From NCBI GenBank assembly GCA_046313635.1, contig JBKBYA010000005.1, forward strand, positions 157,483 to 221,482: a DNA stretch of 64,000 nt, given 5' to 3'. Below are positions 9,701 through 18,066 of this stretch, one piece after another. The position numbers and the translations under genes are program-made. The notes below the pieces were generated by a model. The model did no database searches and was not told the DNA's origin. It saw only the letters and a list, made by a program, of their open reading frames with translations. This DNA comes from Pyrinomonadaceae bacterium (GTDB lineage: Bacteria; Acidobacteriota; Blastocatellia; Pyrinomonadales; Pyrinomonadaceae). The number at the start of each line of letters is the position of its first letter. Position 1 is the first letter of the stretch.

Positions 9701-12700
9701 CTCGGCCATGTCGCCCGGAGCGTATTCCTTTTTGCTCGGGATGATCTGAACCGTTTCCTGCTCGACGTTTCTGCTCGGAGGCGTTTTGCCGCCGGGCACC
9801 CAGACGGTGAGCTCGCTCTGGTTCAGACGCTCGCGGTCGTCCATCACTGTCGCCCCGATCGTGTATCGCCCGCCCTGCTTCGCTACGAAAGAACAATTCT
9901 GCGGCGAGTCTGCCGACTTGATCGAGCACGTCTGCTCGTCGACGGTCACCTCTCGCCAGCTTCCTTTTTCAAACTGCCAGTCCTTGAGCGTCGCCGTTAT
10001 CTCGACGTCACGGCCGGCGACGAGCTTGCCGTCGATGTCGCTGACGATCGATTCGACGTTGATCGCCTCGCCCTTCTGCACGAATGTGCGCGGGGTCCTG
10101 ATGCCGACGTAGAGCGTCGACGGATGAACGAGCAGCGACGTGCGGCCGGCCCAGGTCTGGCGATTGACGTCCTGCACCGAGGCCGATGCCGAGACCGTGT
10201 AAGGCCGCGGCGGATTTGCCGAATCGAAATCGATCTTGAGCAGATGCCGACCGCTCGCGTCGGTCACGCCCTTGTACGTTTGCGTCACTCCGCCGCCGTA
10301 TCGACCGTCGAAGTCGCCAAGATAATAGTTTCCCCACCACGGGACCCATTTGCCGAAGGTAAAGTCTCCGCGATTCGGCGGCGTGTAATTCGTCGGCGTC
10401 GCGCTCACCGTCCAGTTCGTATCGGCGTTCGCGAGACCGCCGCCCGAGTAGTACTTTGCCTCGACCGAGAGCATCGCGCTGCCGCCGACGAGGTGCGGGC
10501 CGTCGGTCTCGACCTTTGCAGTGACCTCGAATTCCGGCCGCCGAAATTCCTGGATCTGAAACGTGTGCGAGAAGCTTGGCGTCGAGCTGCCGGGAGTCGT
10601 GAACTCGATCCGCGCGTAGCCGAGGTTTGTGTTGTCGGGAAGCGCGAATCTGAGATCGAACGCGCCGAACGCGTTCGTCGTGATCGTGCCTTTCGCGATC
10701 TCGTTGTTTCGCGGATCGCGTGCCGACCAGTCGTAGGTTTGCTGAGAGCCGAGCTCTGCGACGTCGCCGAATTTCCCGCCTGTGATCTTTCGGATGTAAC
10801 CCTTGACGGCGACCTCCTCTTTGGGCCGGTACATTCCGCGGTCGTCGAATACGAACCACCGCAGCGAATCGACCGCGGGCCGCCGGTACCAATCGCCGCT
10901 CTCGTCCCAGTAGTATTCGGAATTCTCCGGCAGAAACGCGACGTCGCCGCCGCGCCGCGCGATCAGCAGATTCTGCCCCTTGGCCGACGAGTCGGGCAGC
11001 GGCAACCGGAGAATGCCGTCGGCACCGGTCGTGTCTGTCTGCGCGGCCGGCACCTCGTAGATCTCAGCGTCGGTGCCGTCGCCGTCGACCGCTTCTGTTT
11101 CGGTCGCCGCGCCGCTTGAACCCCAGATGCTGCCCGCTGCCCAGTTCCAAACACCCGACAGAGACCACGATGCGGAACCCGGCGTCGAAGCCGGTCTCGG
11201 CGGTGCGCCATTCGGAAAGATCGAGAGCTTCACACCGCTCAGCGGGCGTCCGGTCTTGAGCTCCGTCGCGAATCCGACGAGCTGCTCGTTATCGACGAAC
11301 GCGTCGAGACCGATGTCGGTCGACTGCAGCCACGTAAAGACGCGCGAGCGGTCGTATCGGTCGATCTTCACCGTCGGCTGGACGTCGACGATGAGATGAC
11401 CGTAGCCGCCGGCGCCGAGATACGGGGTAAGGTCGATCCGCGTTTCGGTAAGCTCGTCGGCGATCTGCTTGATCGTGACGACCTTGTTATCGATCAGACG
11501 GCCCGGGATCTGCGGGCGCTGCGTGTCGTCGTCGTAATTCATCCGGCGGACGTACTGATGGAACTGATGCCAATTCTCCGGTCCGACCTGATAGATCTGG
11601 ACGCGGACCGCCGCATGATTGATCGTGTAGATCGAGTAGCTGCGTCTCGCAGACGGGTCGAGCACGACCATTTGGCCGCCTTGCGAATAAAGCGCCTGAT
11701 CCGCCGGGCCGACGGCGATCGTTGCCGATGCGGCCTGGCCTAGCTGTTGGCCGAACGCGTCTTTGAGGCCGCCGTCGACGGTGACCTTGTATGTGCGGTT
11801 TCCTTTTTTGTAGCCGTGAAGATAGACGTAGTTTCCCGAGGGGTAAATGTCGAGCCCCTCGACGGGCGGCTCGACCTTGACGAGCGCTTTGTCGAACGAC
11901 GCCGCGTCGACCGGATTATTGAATTCGAGATACCACTGATCAAATGGCGTGCATTTCTTATTCGATCGATAACCGCAGTAGCCGCGAACAAACTTCATCG
12001 GCCCGTAGGTCTGGAATGCGAAACTTCGCGCCGCGACGGTGGTGAGCGGCCCTTCGGCCGAGGGCGTTCCCTTTTCGACGGTGACGGCGATCGTCGACGC
12101 GCTTGGCAGGGCGTTCGCCGTCGAGCCGTCGGCGCCCACCGCGCGCAGCGCGATCCAGCGTCCGGGCTGCGCGGCCTTGGACATGTTCGAGACCGGGGCA
12201 CTCGCGGCGATCTCGGCCTCGGTCGCGAGGCGCGTCTGCAGACGGCGTCCGGCCGAGCTGACCGAGATCGTCCGCAGCACCGCCTGCGGATCGATCGCCT
12301 GATCAAAACTCAAAAAGATGATCTCGTCACGCCGCACGATCTGATCATGCGGGTACATCTGTTCGACTTTTGGCGGCGGCGTGGTGAAGGTCCAAATAAA
12401 ATCTTTTTCGAGCACCTGCCCGTTCGCCGCGCGCGTGCCGGCCGGGACGCGGGCCGTGAATTTTGTCGCCATCGGAAAGCGCTTTGCCGCGTCGAACATA
12501 AGCGTCTTGGTCCCAAGCCATCGCCACCGGCCCTCGACCTGCGGCGTCAGCTCGACCGGAGCGTACTGCGACGCGTGCTCCTGAGAAGTGACCGCGACCA
12601 TCGGCTGAGAGAACGTCACGCTCAGGTCGGGCGCGAGCTCGACCTCGCCGGCCGGCGAATAGCGAATGACCTCAAGCGCGCGGCCGGGATCGACCTTTGG

Positions 12701-13066
12701 CGTGCCGCGCTGCTCGTCGGCGGGGAACTTTACCGAAACGCGCTTGCCCGTCTTTGGCGGCGGCAGCGTGCCGAGGCGCTTCGCAAATTCCGTCTTATCG
12801 TCCGGCTGTGGTGTGATCGGGACGAGGCGCCCCAAGAGGCGCGACGCGTCGGCGTCGGACAGTTTCTCCGCCGACGAGGGCTGCGGCCGCGCGACCGCGG
12901 CAGCGTCGGCCGGTCTGCCTTCGCTCAAACGAAACGTCAGGCCCGGCGGCATATCTTTCAGTCTCTGCTGCATCGTCTTTGCAATGATCTGCGCGTTCAG
13001 TCGTGCGGGGGCGAGCATGCCGGTGTAAACGGCCAAAAGGACGAAAAGGGTTATCAGCTTTCTCAT
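6713..13066 (-). CDS. Bacterial alpha-2-macroglobulin family protein (Ig-like, MG, bait, thioester and C-terminal domains)
   Basis: DDRGMYRP (MG2), QEFRRPEF, VDESVLAL, LPDSLTRYRI, thioester motif YPFECTEQ (8273-8284), LPAGLE, YVARATTPG…AEEMY. Sec signal at ATG 13066. Confidence 0.92.
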   Translation of the reverse strand: MRKLITLFVLLAVYTGMLAPARLNAQIIAKTMQQRLKDMPPGLTFRLSEGRPADAAAVARPQPSSAEKLSDADASRLLGRLVPITPQPDDKTEFAKRLGTLPPPKTGKRVSVKFPADEQRGTPKVDPGRALEVIRYSPAGEVELAPDLSVTFSQPMVAVTSQEHASQYAPVELTPQVEGRWRWLGTKTLMFDAAKRFPMATKFTARVPAGTRAANGQVLEKDFIWTFTTPPPKVEQMYPHDQIVRRDEIIFLSFDQAIDPQAVLRTISVSSAGRRLQTRLATEAEIAASAPVSNMSKAAQPGRWIALRAVGADGSTANALPSASTIAVTVEKGTPSAEGPLTTVAARSFAFQTYGPMKFVRGYCGYRSNKKCTPFDQWYLEFNNPVDAASFDKALVKVEPPVEGLDIYPSGNYVYLHGYKKGNRTYKVTVDGGLKDAFGQQLGQAASATIAVGPADQALYSQGGQMVVLDPSARRSYSIYTINHAAVRVQIYQVGPENWHQFHQYVRRMNYDDDTQRPQIPGRLIDNKVVTIKQIADELTETRIDLTPYLGAGGYGHLIVDVQPTVKIDRYDRSRVFTWLQSTDIGLDAFVDNEQLVGFATELKTGRPLSGVKLSIFPNGAPPRPASTPGSASWSLSGVWNWAAGSIWGSSGAATETEAVDGDGTDAEIYEVPAAQTDTTGADGILRLPLPDSSAKGQNLLIARRGGDVAFLPENSEYYWDESGDWYRRPAVDSLRWFVFDDRGMYRPKEEVAVKGYIRKITGGKFGDVAELGSQQTYDWSARDPRNNEIAKGTITTNAFGAFDLRFALPDNTNLGYARIEFTTPGSSTPSFSHTFQIQEFRRPEFEVTAKVETDGPHLVGGSAMLSVEAKYYSGGGLANADTNWTVSATPTNYTPPNRGDFTFGKWVPWWGNYYLGDFDGRYGGGVTQTYKGVTDASGRHLLKIDFDSANPPRPYTVSASASVQDVNRQTWAGRTSLLVHPSTLYVGIRTPRTFVQKGEAINVESIVSDIDGKLVAGRDVEITATLKDWQFEKGSWREVTVDEQTCSIKSADSPQNCSFVAKQGGRYTIGATVMDDRERLNQSELTVWVPGGKTPPSRNVEQETVQIIPSKKEYAPGDMAELLVIASFTPAEGVLTLRREGIVRTERFTMKDSSITLRIPIDEKYLPNIFAQVDLVGAAPRQNDKGEIDPKLASRPAYASGNINLSVSIDSRRLSVTAEPRDKTLVPGGETKVDVEVKDNRGEPVTDSEVAVVIVDESVLALSRYSVADPMGIFYSARSAGVTDHHSRADLLLGNPEDAKAQAPPPPPPPPSPAGGAINARQVSELPMKGRAVSELRADGASAAENAFVVDGQEVSGGPDTPIKQRLRFDALAVFVPSARTDANGRVTVDVKLPDSLTRYRITAVAVDSGRRFGKTESNITARQPLMVRPSAPRFMNFGDRIELPVVIQNQTDNDMTVDVAVRAMNAELAGGNPSGSEGVTATGKRVLVKANDRAEVRFPAAAMNAGTARFQIAATSGKFADAAEISLPVWTPATTEAFATYGTTDQNGAIIQPVQTPGDVFPQFGGLEVTTSSTQLQELTDAFISLYRYPFECTEQVSSRMISIAALRDVLAAFKAKDMPSEAAIKASFEKDIRILQSRQREDGSFGLWRRDRERYEYPFVSVHAAHALVLAKAKGYAVPDEMLKRSRSFLRDVEKHLQNDEWYKNSPQVRWTISAYALYVRDLAGDKDVSKVKKLLAEATGGNPSGSEGVSSANFGKMPFEALGWILSVLAKDAGSKPEVDSIVRFLMNRTTETATTANFVTDYGDAAWLIMYSNRRADGVLLESLIKADPKNDLIPKLVRGLLDHRVKGAWSNTQENVFILLALDRYFGAFEKVTPEFVTRIWLGSAYAGEQQFNGRSIDSKVIDIPMSYLVEQGGTSNLLIDRQGAGRLYYRIGMKYAPRNLKLEPADHGFTVLRSYEAVDNADDVKQNADGSWTIRSGARVRVRLTMVAPARRYHVALVDNLPAGLEILNPELAVTEAIPGDDKPITLVTTYGSRSMGRGWWRTRYWMEHQNFRDERAEAFASLLWEGVYNYSYVARATTPGRFVVPPAKAEEMYHPETFGRTGTDSVSVE
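7809..7839 (-). repeat. REP-like 31-bp element in frame within A2M (copy 1, encodes GGNPSGSEGV)
   Basis: ACACCCTCGCTACCGCTCGGGTTTCCGCCTG, 30/31 identical to 8625..8655. Confidence 0.8.
8625..8655 (-). repeat. REP-like 31-bp element in frame within A2M (copy 2, encodes GGNPSGSEGV)
   Basis: ACACCCTCGCTGCCGCTCGGGTTTCCGCCTG, 30/31 identical to 7809..7839. Confidence 0.8.
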
Positions 13067-13122
13067 ATCTTGTCGGTCTCGCGATCGTGTCGTGCTGAGA
13101 GGTGCAAATTCCGCTCGGTGTT

Positions 13123-13150
13123 GGAACGCGTTCGCGGCAGCGGGCTTGCA
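13123..13150 (-). promoter_or_regulatory. Possible ECF-type promoter of A2M
   Basis: Minus strand TGCAAG-N16-CGTTCC, a degenerate version of the motif at pspA and VWA. Confidence 0.4.
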
Positions 13151-13393
13151 CCCGTCGATGCTCCGCGGCACGCTCTCCACCGACAAAGAGGCGGCCGGTG
13201 CGACGCGGTCTATCGAAGAGAGGTTCGACTGGCGAGGCTGTTTGGCGATGATCCTCGTCCGGTTCGGTGTGTGCGCAACGCGGTTCCGAGACCATCATAA
13301 CGCGGCGCGCCGGGCGGCAGGCCATGCCGTGAATTACGGAAGGAAAATGCTCGATACGCCCGAGCCGCAATGCCTTTATTCTGCGGATTTTCC

Positions 13394-13402
13394 TGTTATA
13401 CT
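13394..13402 (+). promoter_or_regulatory. Extended -10 sigma70 promoter element upstream of pspA
   Basis: TG-T-TATACT. Confidence 0.5.
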
Positions 13403-13414
13403 GATGCCGGAATT

Positions 13415-13443
13415 TGCAACTTCCGTAAACTGCCCGTCGTTAA
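13415..13443 (+). promoter_or_regulatory. ECF-type promoter of the pspA operon
   Basis: TGCAAC-N17-CGTTAA. Confidence 0.65.
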
Positions 13444-13499
13444 GGCATTTGCCCGATATTCGCCGGGGTTAATTCTGACTAGGAGCCGATAAAAAAGAA

Positions 13500-14273
13500 A
13501 TGGGATTGTGGGCCAGGATCATGAGGGTTTTTCGAGCGAGCACGGGTGCCGCGCTCGACAAGATCGAAAACCCTGAACTCGTCCTTCAACAGACCATCCG
13601 CGACATGCGCGACCGCGTGCCGGAACTGAACAATTCGGTCGCGCAGGTCATGGCGACCGAGCGTCTGCTGGCGAAGAATCGCGAGAATCTTGAGAAGCAG
13701 GTCGTCGAGCTCGATTCAAAGATCAAGGCCTCGGTCAAAATGGGACGCGACGACATCGCCACCGCGTACATCGGACAGCTCCAGCAGGCGCAGCTCGATC
13801 TCGAGCGCACCGCCGGCCAGCTCGAGCACGCTCAGCTCAAGTCGCAGCAGGCACTCAAGGCTCGCGACAACTACGTCCTGAACATGAAGAAGCGCACGGC
13901 CGAGGCCATGCAGCTCATCAGCGCGGCCAAGCAGGCCAAGCTCCAGGAGCAGCTCGCGCAGACGATGGAGTCATTCAACATCGGCGACGACTCGTCAACG
14001 TTTGACGAGATGCGTGACAAGATCAACCGCCGCGTCGCGGCCGCCGAGGCCAAGCTTCAATTGGGATCGTCGTCGGTAGACTCGCAGATGGCCGATATCG
14101 AGCGCGAGGCGATGGACATACAGCTCCACGACAAGCTGCTCGAATACAAGCAGCAGATGGGCATGCTCGGCACAGGTGCCGAGGCAAAGCAGATCGCGTC
14201 CGGCTCGGATGCCCAATCGTCACCAAACCAGACCGGTGCGGGCCAGCTTAACGAAGACGCACAGAATAGCTAG
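13500..14273 (+). CDS. pspA: PspA/IM30 (bacterial ESCRT-III-like) protein
   Basis: Amphipathic N-terminus MGLWARIMRVF, ENPELVLQQTIRDM, GRDDIA, FDEMRDKI…AEA, long coiled coil; RBS AGGAG. Confidence 0.9.
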   Translation: MGLWARIMRVFRASTGAALDKIENPELVLQQTIRDMRDRVPELNNSVAQVMATERLLAKNRENLEKQVVELDSKIKASVKMGRDDIATAYIGQLQQAQLDLERTAGQLEHAQLKSQQALKARDNYVLNMKKRTAEAMQLISAAKQAKLQEQLAQTMESFNIGDDSSTFDEMRDKINRRVAAAEAKLQLGSSSVDSQMADIEREAMDIQLHDKLLEYKQQMGMLGTGAEAKQIASGSDAQSSPNQTGAGQLNEDAQNS

Positions 14274-14329
14274 CGACACGCGGCGGTATTTTTCGAACGC
14301 GGCCCGACACTTCAGCATCTAGACCGTTT

Positions 14330-15184
14330 ATGGCGGATTTGGCAAAGTACCAGCAGGACATCCAGAAGTTCAATTCCAGCTATGCAAAAGAGGCTTTGAA
14401 GGAGCCTTTTAATTTTTGGGGTCTCGCGGGCTTTGCGGTCGCCGCGGCTTATACGGCCAGCGTCATCCCGCTCTTGATAGCACTCATCTGCGAGGTGATC
14501 TACCTTTTGGTCGTTCCCAACCTTCCGGTCTACAGGCATCACGTCATCGAGCGCGAAAAGGCGCGGCTCCGCGAGCTGCACCGCGCGTCGCGTGAGAAGC
14601 TGATCAAGTCTTTCACGCCCCGCGAACGCGAGGCGGTCGAGTACCTTCGCTGGCTCAAGGACAAGATCCAGGACAATTACAAAAAGTTCACGGGTGCACG
14701 GGAGCTGCCCGGGAATCTGCGTGCGCTCGACCAGCGTTGGGAGGATTTCGTCGACCTTCTCGACGTCTATCGCCGCCGCAAGCAGCACTTGAAATCGATC
14801 AACCGGCAGGCCGTTCACAACCAACTCTCGCAGGCATACCGCGCGGCCGAGTCGGCGACCGACGAAAAGACACGCCGCATCCAGCAGACAAACGTCGAGA
14901 TACTCAAGCGACGGATCGCGTCGTTTGACGAGATCGAGCGGAGCGTCAAGCTCGTCGAGGGCCAGCTGCAGTCGATCGAGAATTTCTTCAGCTATCTCAA
15001 CGACGAGATCGTGACAATGTCGACGCCGGAGAAATTCTCGCTGCTCGACTTTGAGCAGCTCTCGGATTCGATCGCGATGACCAAGCAGATGCTCGACGCG
15101 ACCGCCGACTCGGTCGGCCAGCTCGACGCTTACAACCGCGAGATGGGCAATTACGAACTCCTGCCGGAAGGAAACAGATCTTAG
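14330..15184 (+). CDS. Two-TM coiled-coil hypothetical protein, PspA-associated
   Basis: Hydrophobic hairpin at about aa 28-63, then a charged heptad-rich helical region; 56 bp downstream of pspA. Confidence 0.8.
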   Translation: MADLAKYQQDIQKFNSSYAKEALKEPFNFWGLAGFAVAAAYTASVIPLLIALICEVIYLLVVPNLPVYRHHVIEREKARLRELHRASREKLIKSFTPREREAVEYLRWLKDKIQDNYKKFTGARELPGNLRALDQRWEDFVDLLDVYRRRKQHLKSINRQAVHNQLSQAYRAAESATDEKTRRIQQTNVEILKRRIASFDEIERSVKLVEGQLQSIENFFSYLNDEIVTMSTPEKFSLLDFEQLSDSIAMTKQMLDATADSVGQLDAYNREMGNYELLPEGNRS

Positions 15185-15212
15185 TAAAAACGAAGTAGGT
15201 CGAGCGAGTTCG

Positions 15213-15356
15213 GGCTCTGCCCGTCTATTTGCGGAAAAGCTCCGCTTTTCCGTCGAGCCATCCCGACCCTCGCCTCCCGCGGCGGCCTAGCCGCCGAAGT
15301 TTTAATGGCACCTTTCGGAAAAGCAGAGCTTTTTCCGCAAATAGGGCGGCGGAGCC
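15213..15356. repeat. Inverted REP doublet (BIME-like)
   Basis: Arms 15213-15252 and 15316-15356 are inverted copies, each containing the palindrome CGGAAAAGC-N3-GCTTTT(T)CCG; internal hairpin CGGCGGC-CTA-GCCGCCG. Confidence 0.75.
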
Positions 15357-15371
15357 GCAGGACGCAAAAAC

Positions 15372-15405
15372 AAAAGCGGCCGCCATTTTCGGCGGCCGTT
15401 TTTTT
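15372..15405. terminator. Bidirectional intrinsic terminator
   Basis: AAAAGCGGCCGCC-ATTTTC-GGCGGCCGTTTTTTT between convergent genes. Confidence 0.8.
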
Positions 15406-16690
15406 ATCTCTCAAATCCGTCCATCTCCAGCATCGAGCTCGCCTCAACTGCCGACGAACTTTCTTCGAGCACGATCTCTGGCTCCAGCGGCGGCGGCGCT
15501 CCGTCGAGGTCGCTGATCGCGAGCGCGAGATTGTTTGCGTTCGTCGAGTAGGCGAGGCCGACGTCGCGTGTGATGCGGCCGTCGCGGATCATCCGCTCGA
15601 GCACCTTGTCAAAGGTCTGCATTCCCTCCATCTCGCCGTCGTTCATCGCGTCGGTGATCGAGCGGCCTTCCTTTTCGCCCTTCTCGATGTACTCGCGCGT
15701 TCGCGAATTTGAGACGAGTATCTCGATCGCTGCGATGCGCCCGCCGCCGACCTTCGGCATCAGACGCTGCGAGATGATGCGTCGGAAGGACTGTGACAGA
15801 CGAGTACGAATGGCCGCCTCCTCGATCTTTGGAAACACGCCGATGATGCGGTCGATCGTCTTCGCCGCGTCGATCGTGTGCAGGGTCGACAGGACGAGGT
15901 GGCCCGTCTCGGCCGCTTCCATCGCGACCTCGATCGTCTCGCGGTCGCGCATCTCACCGACGAGGATCACCTTCGGCGCCTGTCTTAGAGCGGCGCGCAG
16001 CGCAAGCGCAAAGTCGGGCGTATCGCTGTGCAGCTCGCGCTGGTGGACGGTGCTGAGCTTGTGCTCGTGAATGAACTCGATCGGGTCCTCGATCGTGACG
16101 ATGTGGTACTTCTTTGTCGAATTGATGAGGTCGATGATGGCGGCCAGCGTCGTCGATTTGCCCGAGCCGGTCGGGCCGGTAACGAGGACCAGACCGTTCT
16201 TAAGCTCGGCGACATTCCGGACGGCCAGGGGCAGATCGAGGTCTTGCCAGTTTGGCGGCTTTGTCGGGATGACGCGCATCACGATCGCGTACGAGCCGCG
16301 CTGTCTGAAGATGTTGACGCGAAACCGGCCGATGCCGCTGCAGCTGTACGAGATGTCGGCCGAGCCCTTTTTGTCGAGGGTCTCGATGCCCTGAGCGTTG
16401 CCGTGCAGCATCACGTCGGCCATCATTTTGATCTGTGCCGGCCGGAGCGATTCAAAGCCCGCGATCGCCACGCCGTGCAGGTCGCCGGTCAGCTCTACCT
16501 GCGGCGGCCGCCCGGGCGAAAAGATGAGGTCGCTGACGCCCGATCCGGCGGCGAGCATTTTTGCAAGCATCTCGTGAAATACCGTCTGGTCCACGGCTGC
16601 GACGTCCGGCGACCAGCCGCGATCGACGCGGTCGTCACGTTCGCATTTCGCGCTCGTCCCGGAGCCCGGGATCTCTAATTCGTCCATCAT
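15404..16690 (-). CDS. pilT: PilT/PilU family type IV pilus retraction ATPase
   Basis: GRFRVNIF, Walker A GPTGSGKST, TIEDPIE, LRAALRQAPKVILVGEMRD, ETGHLVLSTLH, GMQTFD. Confidence 0.88.
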   Translation of the reverse strand: MMDELEIPGSGTSAKCERDDRVDRGWSPDVAAVDQTVFHEMLAKMLAAGSGVSDLIFSPGRPPQVELTGDLHGVAIAGFESLRPAQIKMMADVMLHGNAQGIETLDKKGSADISYSCSGIGRFRVNIFRQRGSYAIVMRVIPTKPPNWQDLDLPLAVRNVAELKNGLVLVTGPTGSGKSTTLAAIIDLINSTKKYHIVTIEDPIEFIHEHKLSTVHQRELHSDTPDFALALRAALRQAPKVILVGEMRDRETIEVAMEAAETGHLVLSTLHTIDAAKTIDRIIGVFPKIEEAAIRTRLSQSFRRIISQRLMPKVGGGRIAAIEILVSNSRTREYIEKGEKEGRSITDAMNDGEMEGMQTFDKVLERMIRDGRITRDVGLAYSTNANNLALAISDLDGAPPPLEPEIVLEESSSAVEASSMLEMDGFER

Positions 16691-16940
16691 TGATATAGAT
16701 CTGTGAAGCTGGATAACGGGGTGCCGAAAAAAGAAGCGGCCGCTGAAAAAAGGGCCGGCATCAATCTTACAATTCCATTCGGCCGAGGCGCAACGCAATT
16801 CTTCAGGTTTGTTCGTCCAGCGGTCGATAGAATAAAATCTTCGTTTTCACAGATCGGCCGCGACCTTCGCAGACACGACAGGACGAGCGCCGCGGCCGCG
16901 GATCGACAAGGTTTTTATCACAAAGACAGAATATTTTTTT

Positions 16941-18008
16941 ATGAAAAGAGTAGGAATCCTGGCGGGACGTGAGATCACGTTTCCCGAATCGATCATAAAC
17001 AGCATTAACGAGCGCGGCGGCGGAAAGGTGGTCGCAGAGATGATCAAGGTGGGCGGCATCCGTCTGGACGAGCCAAAGCGTTACGACGTCATCGTCGACC
17101 GCATCTCGCACGAGGTGCCGTACTACCGCGCGATGCTCAAGCGGATGGCGCTCGAGGGAACGTACGTCATCAACAACCCGTTCTGGTGGTCGGCCGACGA
17201 CAAATTCTTCAATTACTGTCTCGCCGCAAAGCTCGGCGTCGCGATCCCTAAGACCGTTCTGCTGCCGCAGCATTCGTACATCGAGGCGATCTCGAGCGAA
17301 TCGCTGCGCAATCTGGAATTCCCGATCGACTGGCAGGGCATCGTCGAGTACGTCGGCTTCCCCGCTTTTCTAAAGCCCTTTGACGGCGGCGGCTGGAAGA
17401 ACGTCTCAAAGATCAGCTCGCTCGAGCAGCTCTGGTACGAGTACAACCAGACGGGAACGCTCTGCATGGTGCTGCAGGAGGGCATCGAATACGATCAGTT
17501 CGTCCGCTGCTACGGCGTCGGGAAAGAGAAAGTGCTGGTGATGCCGTACGACCCGTCTAAGCCGTATCTCTCGGGCGAGCAGTACGTCGATGTTGACGGC
17601 TATCTCTCGCCGGAGCTGCAGGCCCGCGTCGAGCGAGACGTCAACATCATCAACAACGCTCTGGGCTACGATCTCAACACGGTCGAATTTGCGATCAAGG
17701 ACGGCGTCCCGTACGCGATCGATTTTATGAATCCGGCCCCGGACGCAGAGCTCGCCTCGGTCGGCGAACGGAATCACCGCTGGATCGTCGACGCAATGAC
17801 GGAATTGATCTTCAGGAAACTTGAAGAGGGGCTCACCGTGCCCGAATACCGCTGGTCGGCGATGCTGAGCGGGCAGTCGTCGCCCCAAGCGCGGGACGCC
17901 GCCGACCGCTCGACCGCGGCTGCCAAGGCGAGACAAAAGAATTCAAAGTCAAAGTCGGAGGCCAGGCCGACAAAGCCGGGCAAGGCCGCTGGAAAGTCGG
18001 CGAAATAA
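16941..18008 (+). CDS. ATP-grasp (RimK/glutathione synthetase-like) ligase
   Basis: VINNPFWWSADDKFF, LKPFDGGGWKNV, LQEGI, NTVEFA…YAIDFMNPAPD; Lys-rich tail. Confidence 0.8.
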   Translation: MKRVGILAGREITFPESIINSINERGGGKVVAEMIKVGGIRLDEPKRYDVIVDRISHEVPYYRAMLKRMALEGTYVINNPFWWSADDKFFNYCLAAKLGVAIPKTVLLPQHSYIEAISSESLRNLEFPIDWQGIVEYVGFPAFLKPFDGGGWKNVSKISSLEQLWYEYNQTGTLCMVLQEGIEYDQFVRCYGVGKEKVLVMPYDPSKPYLSGEQYVDVDGYLSPELQARVERDVNIINNALGYDLNTVEFAIKDGVPYAIDFMNPAPDAELASVGERNHRWIVDAMTELIFRKLEEGLTVPEYRWSAMLSGQSSPQARDAADRSTAAAKARQKNSKSKSEARPTKPGKAAGKSAK

Positions 18009-18024
18009 TGTTAATGGAGCATTC

Positions 18025-18066
18025 TGCGGGCCCGTCCGTTTCGGCGGTCGGGCCCGCATTTTATTT
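18025..18066. terminator. Intrinsic terminator
   Basis: TGCGGGCCCG…CGGGCCCGCA hairpin followed by TTTTATTT. Confidence 0.7.

Noticed and set aside
7970..11119. 1049-aa plus-strand ORF, and other long antisense ORFs (1671..3707, 6416..7756, 11747..13300, 39383..40657, 62254..63576)
   Set aside because: Shadow frames opposite well-supported genes. They are Arg/Ala/Val-rich with no motifs, as expected in high-GC DNA.
16755..16771. Possible sigma54 promoter CGGCATCAATCTTACA before the ATP-grasp gene
   Set aside because: The -12 element is TTAC and lacks the conserved GC. The same bases fit a minus-strand -10 (TAAGAT) for pilT.
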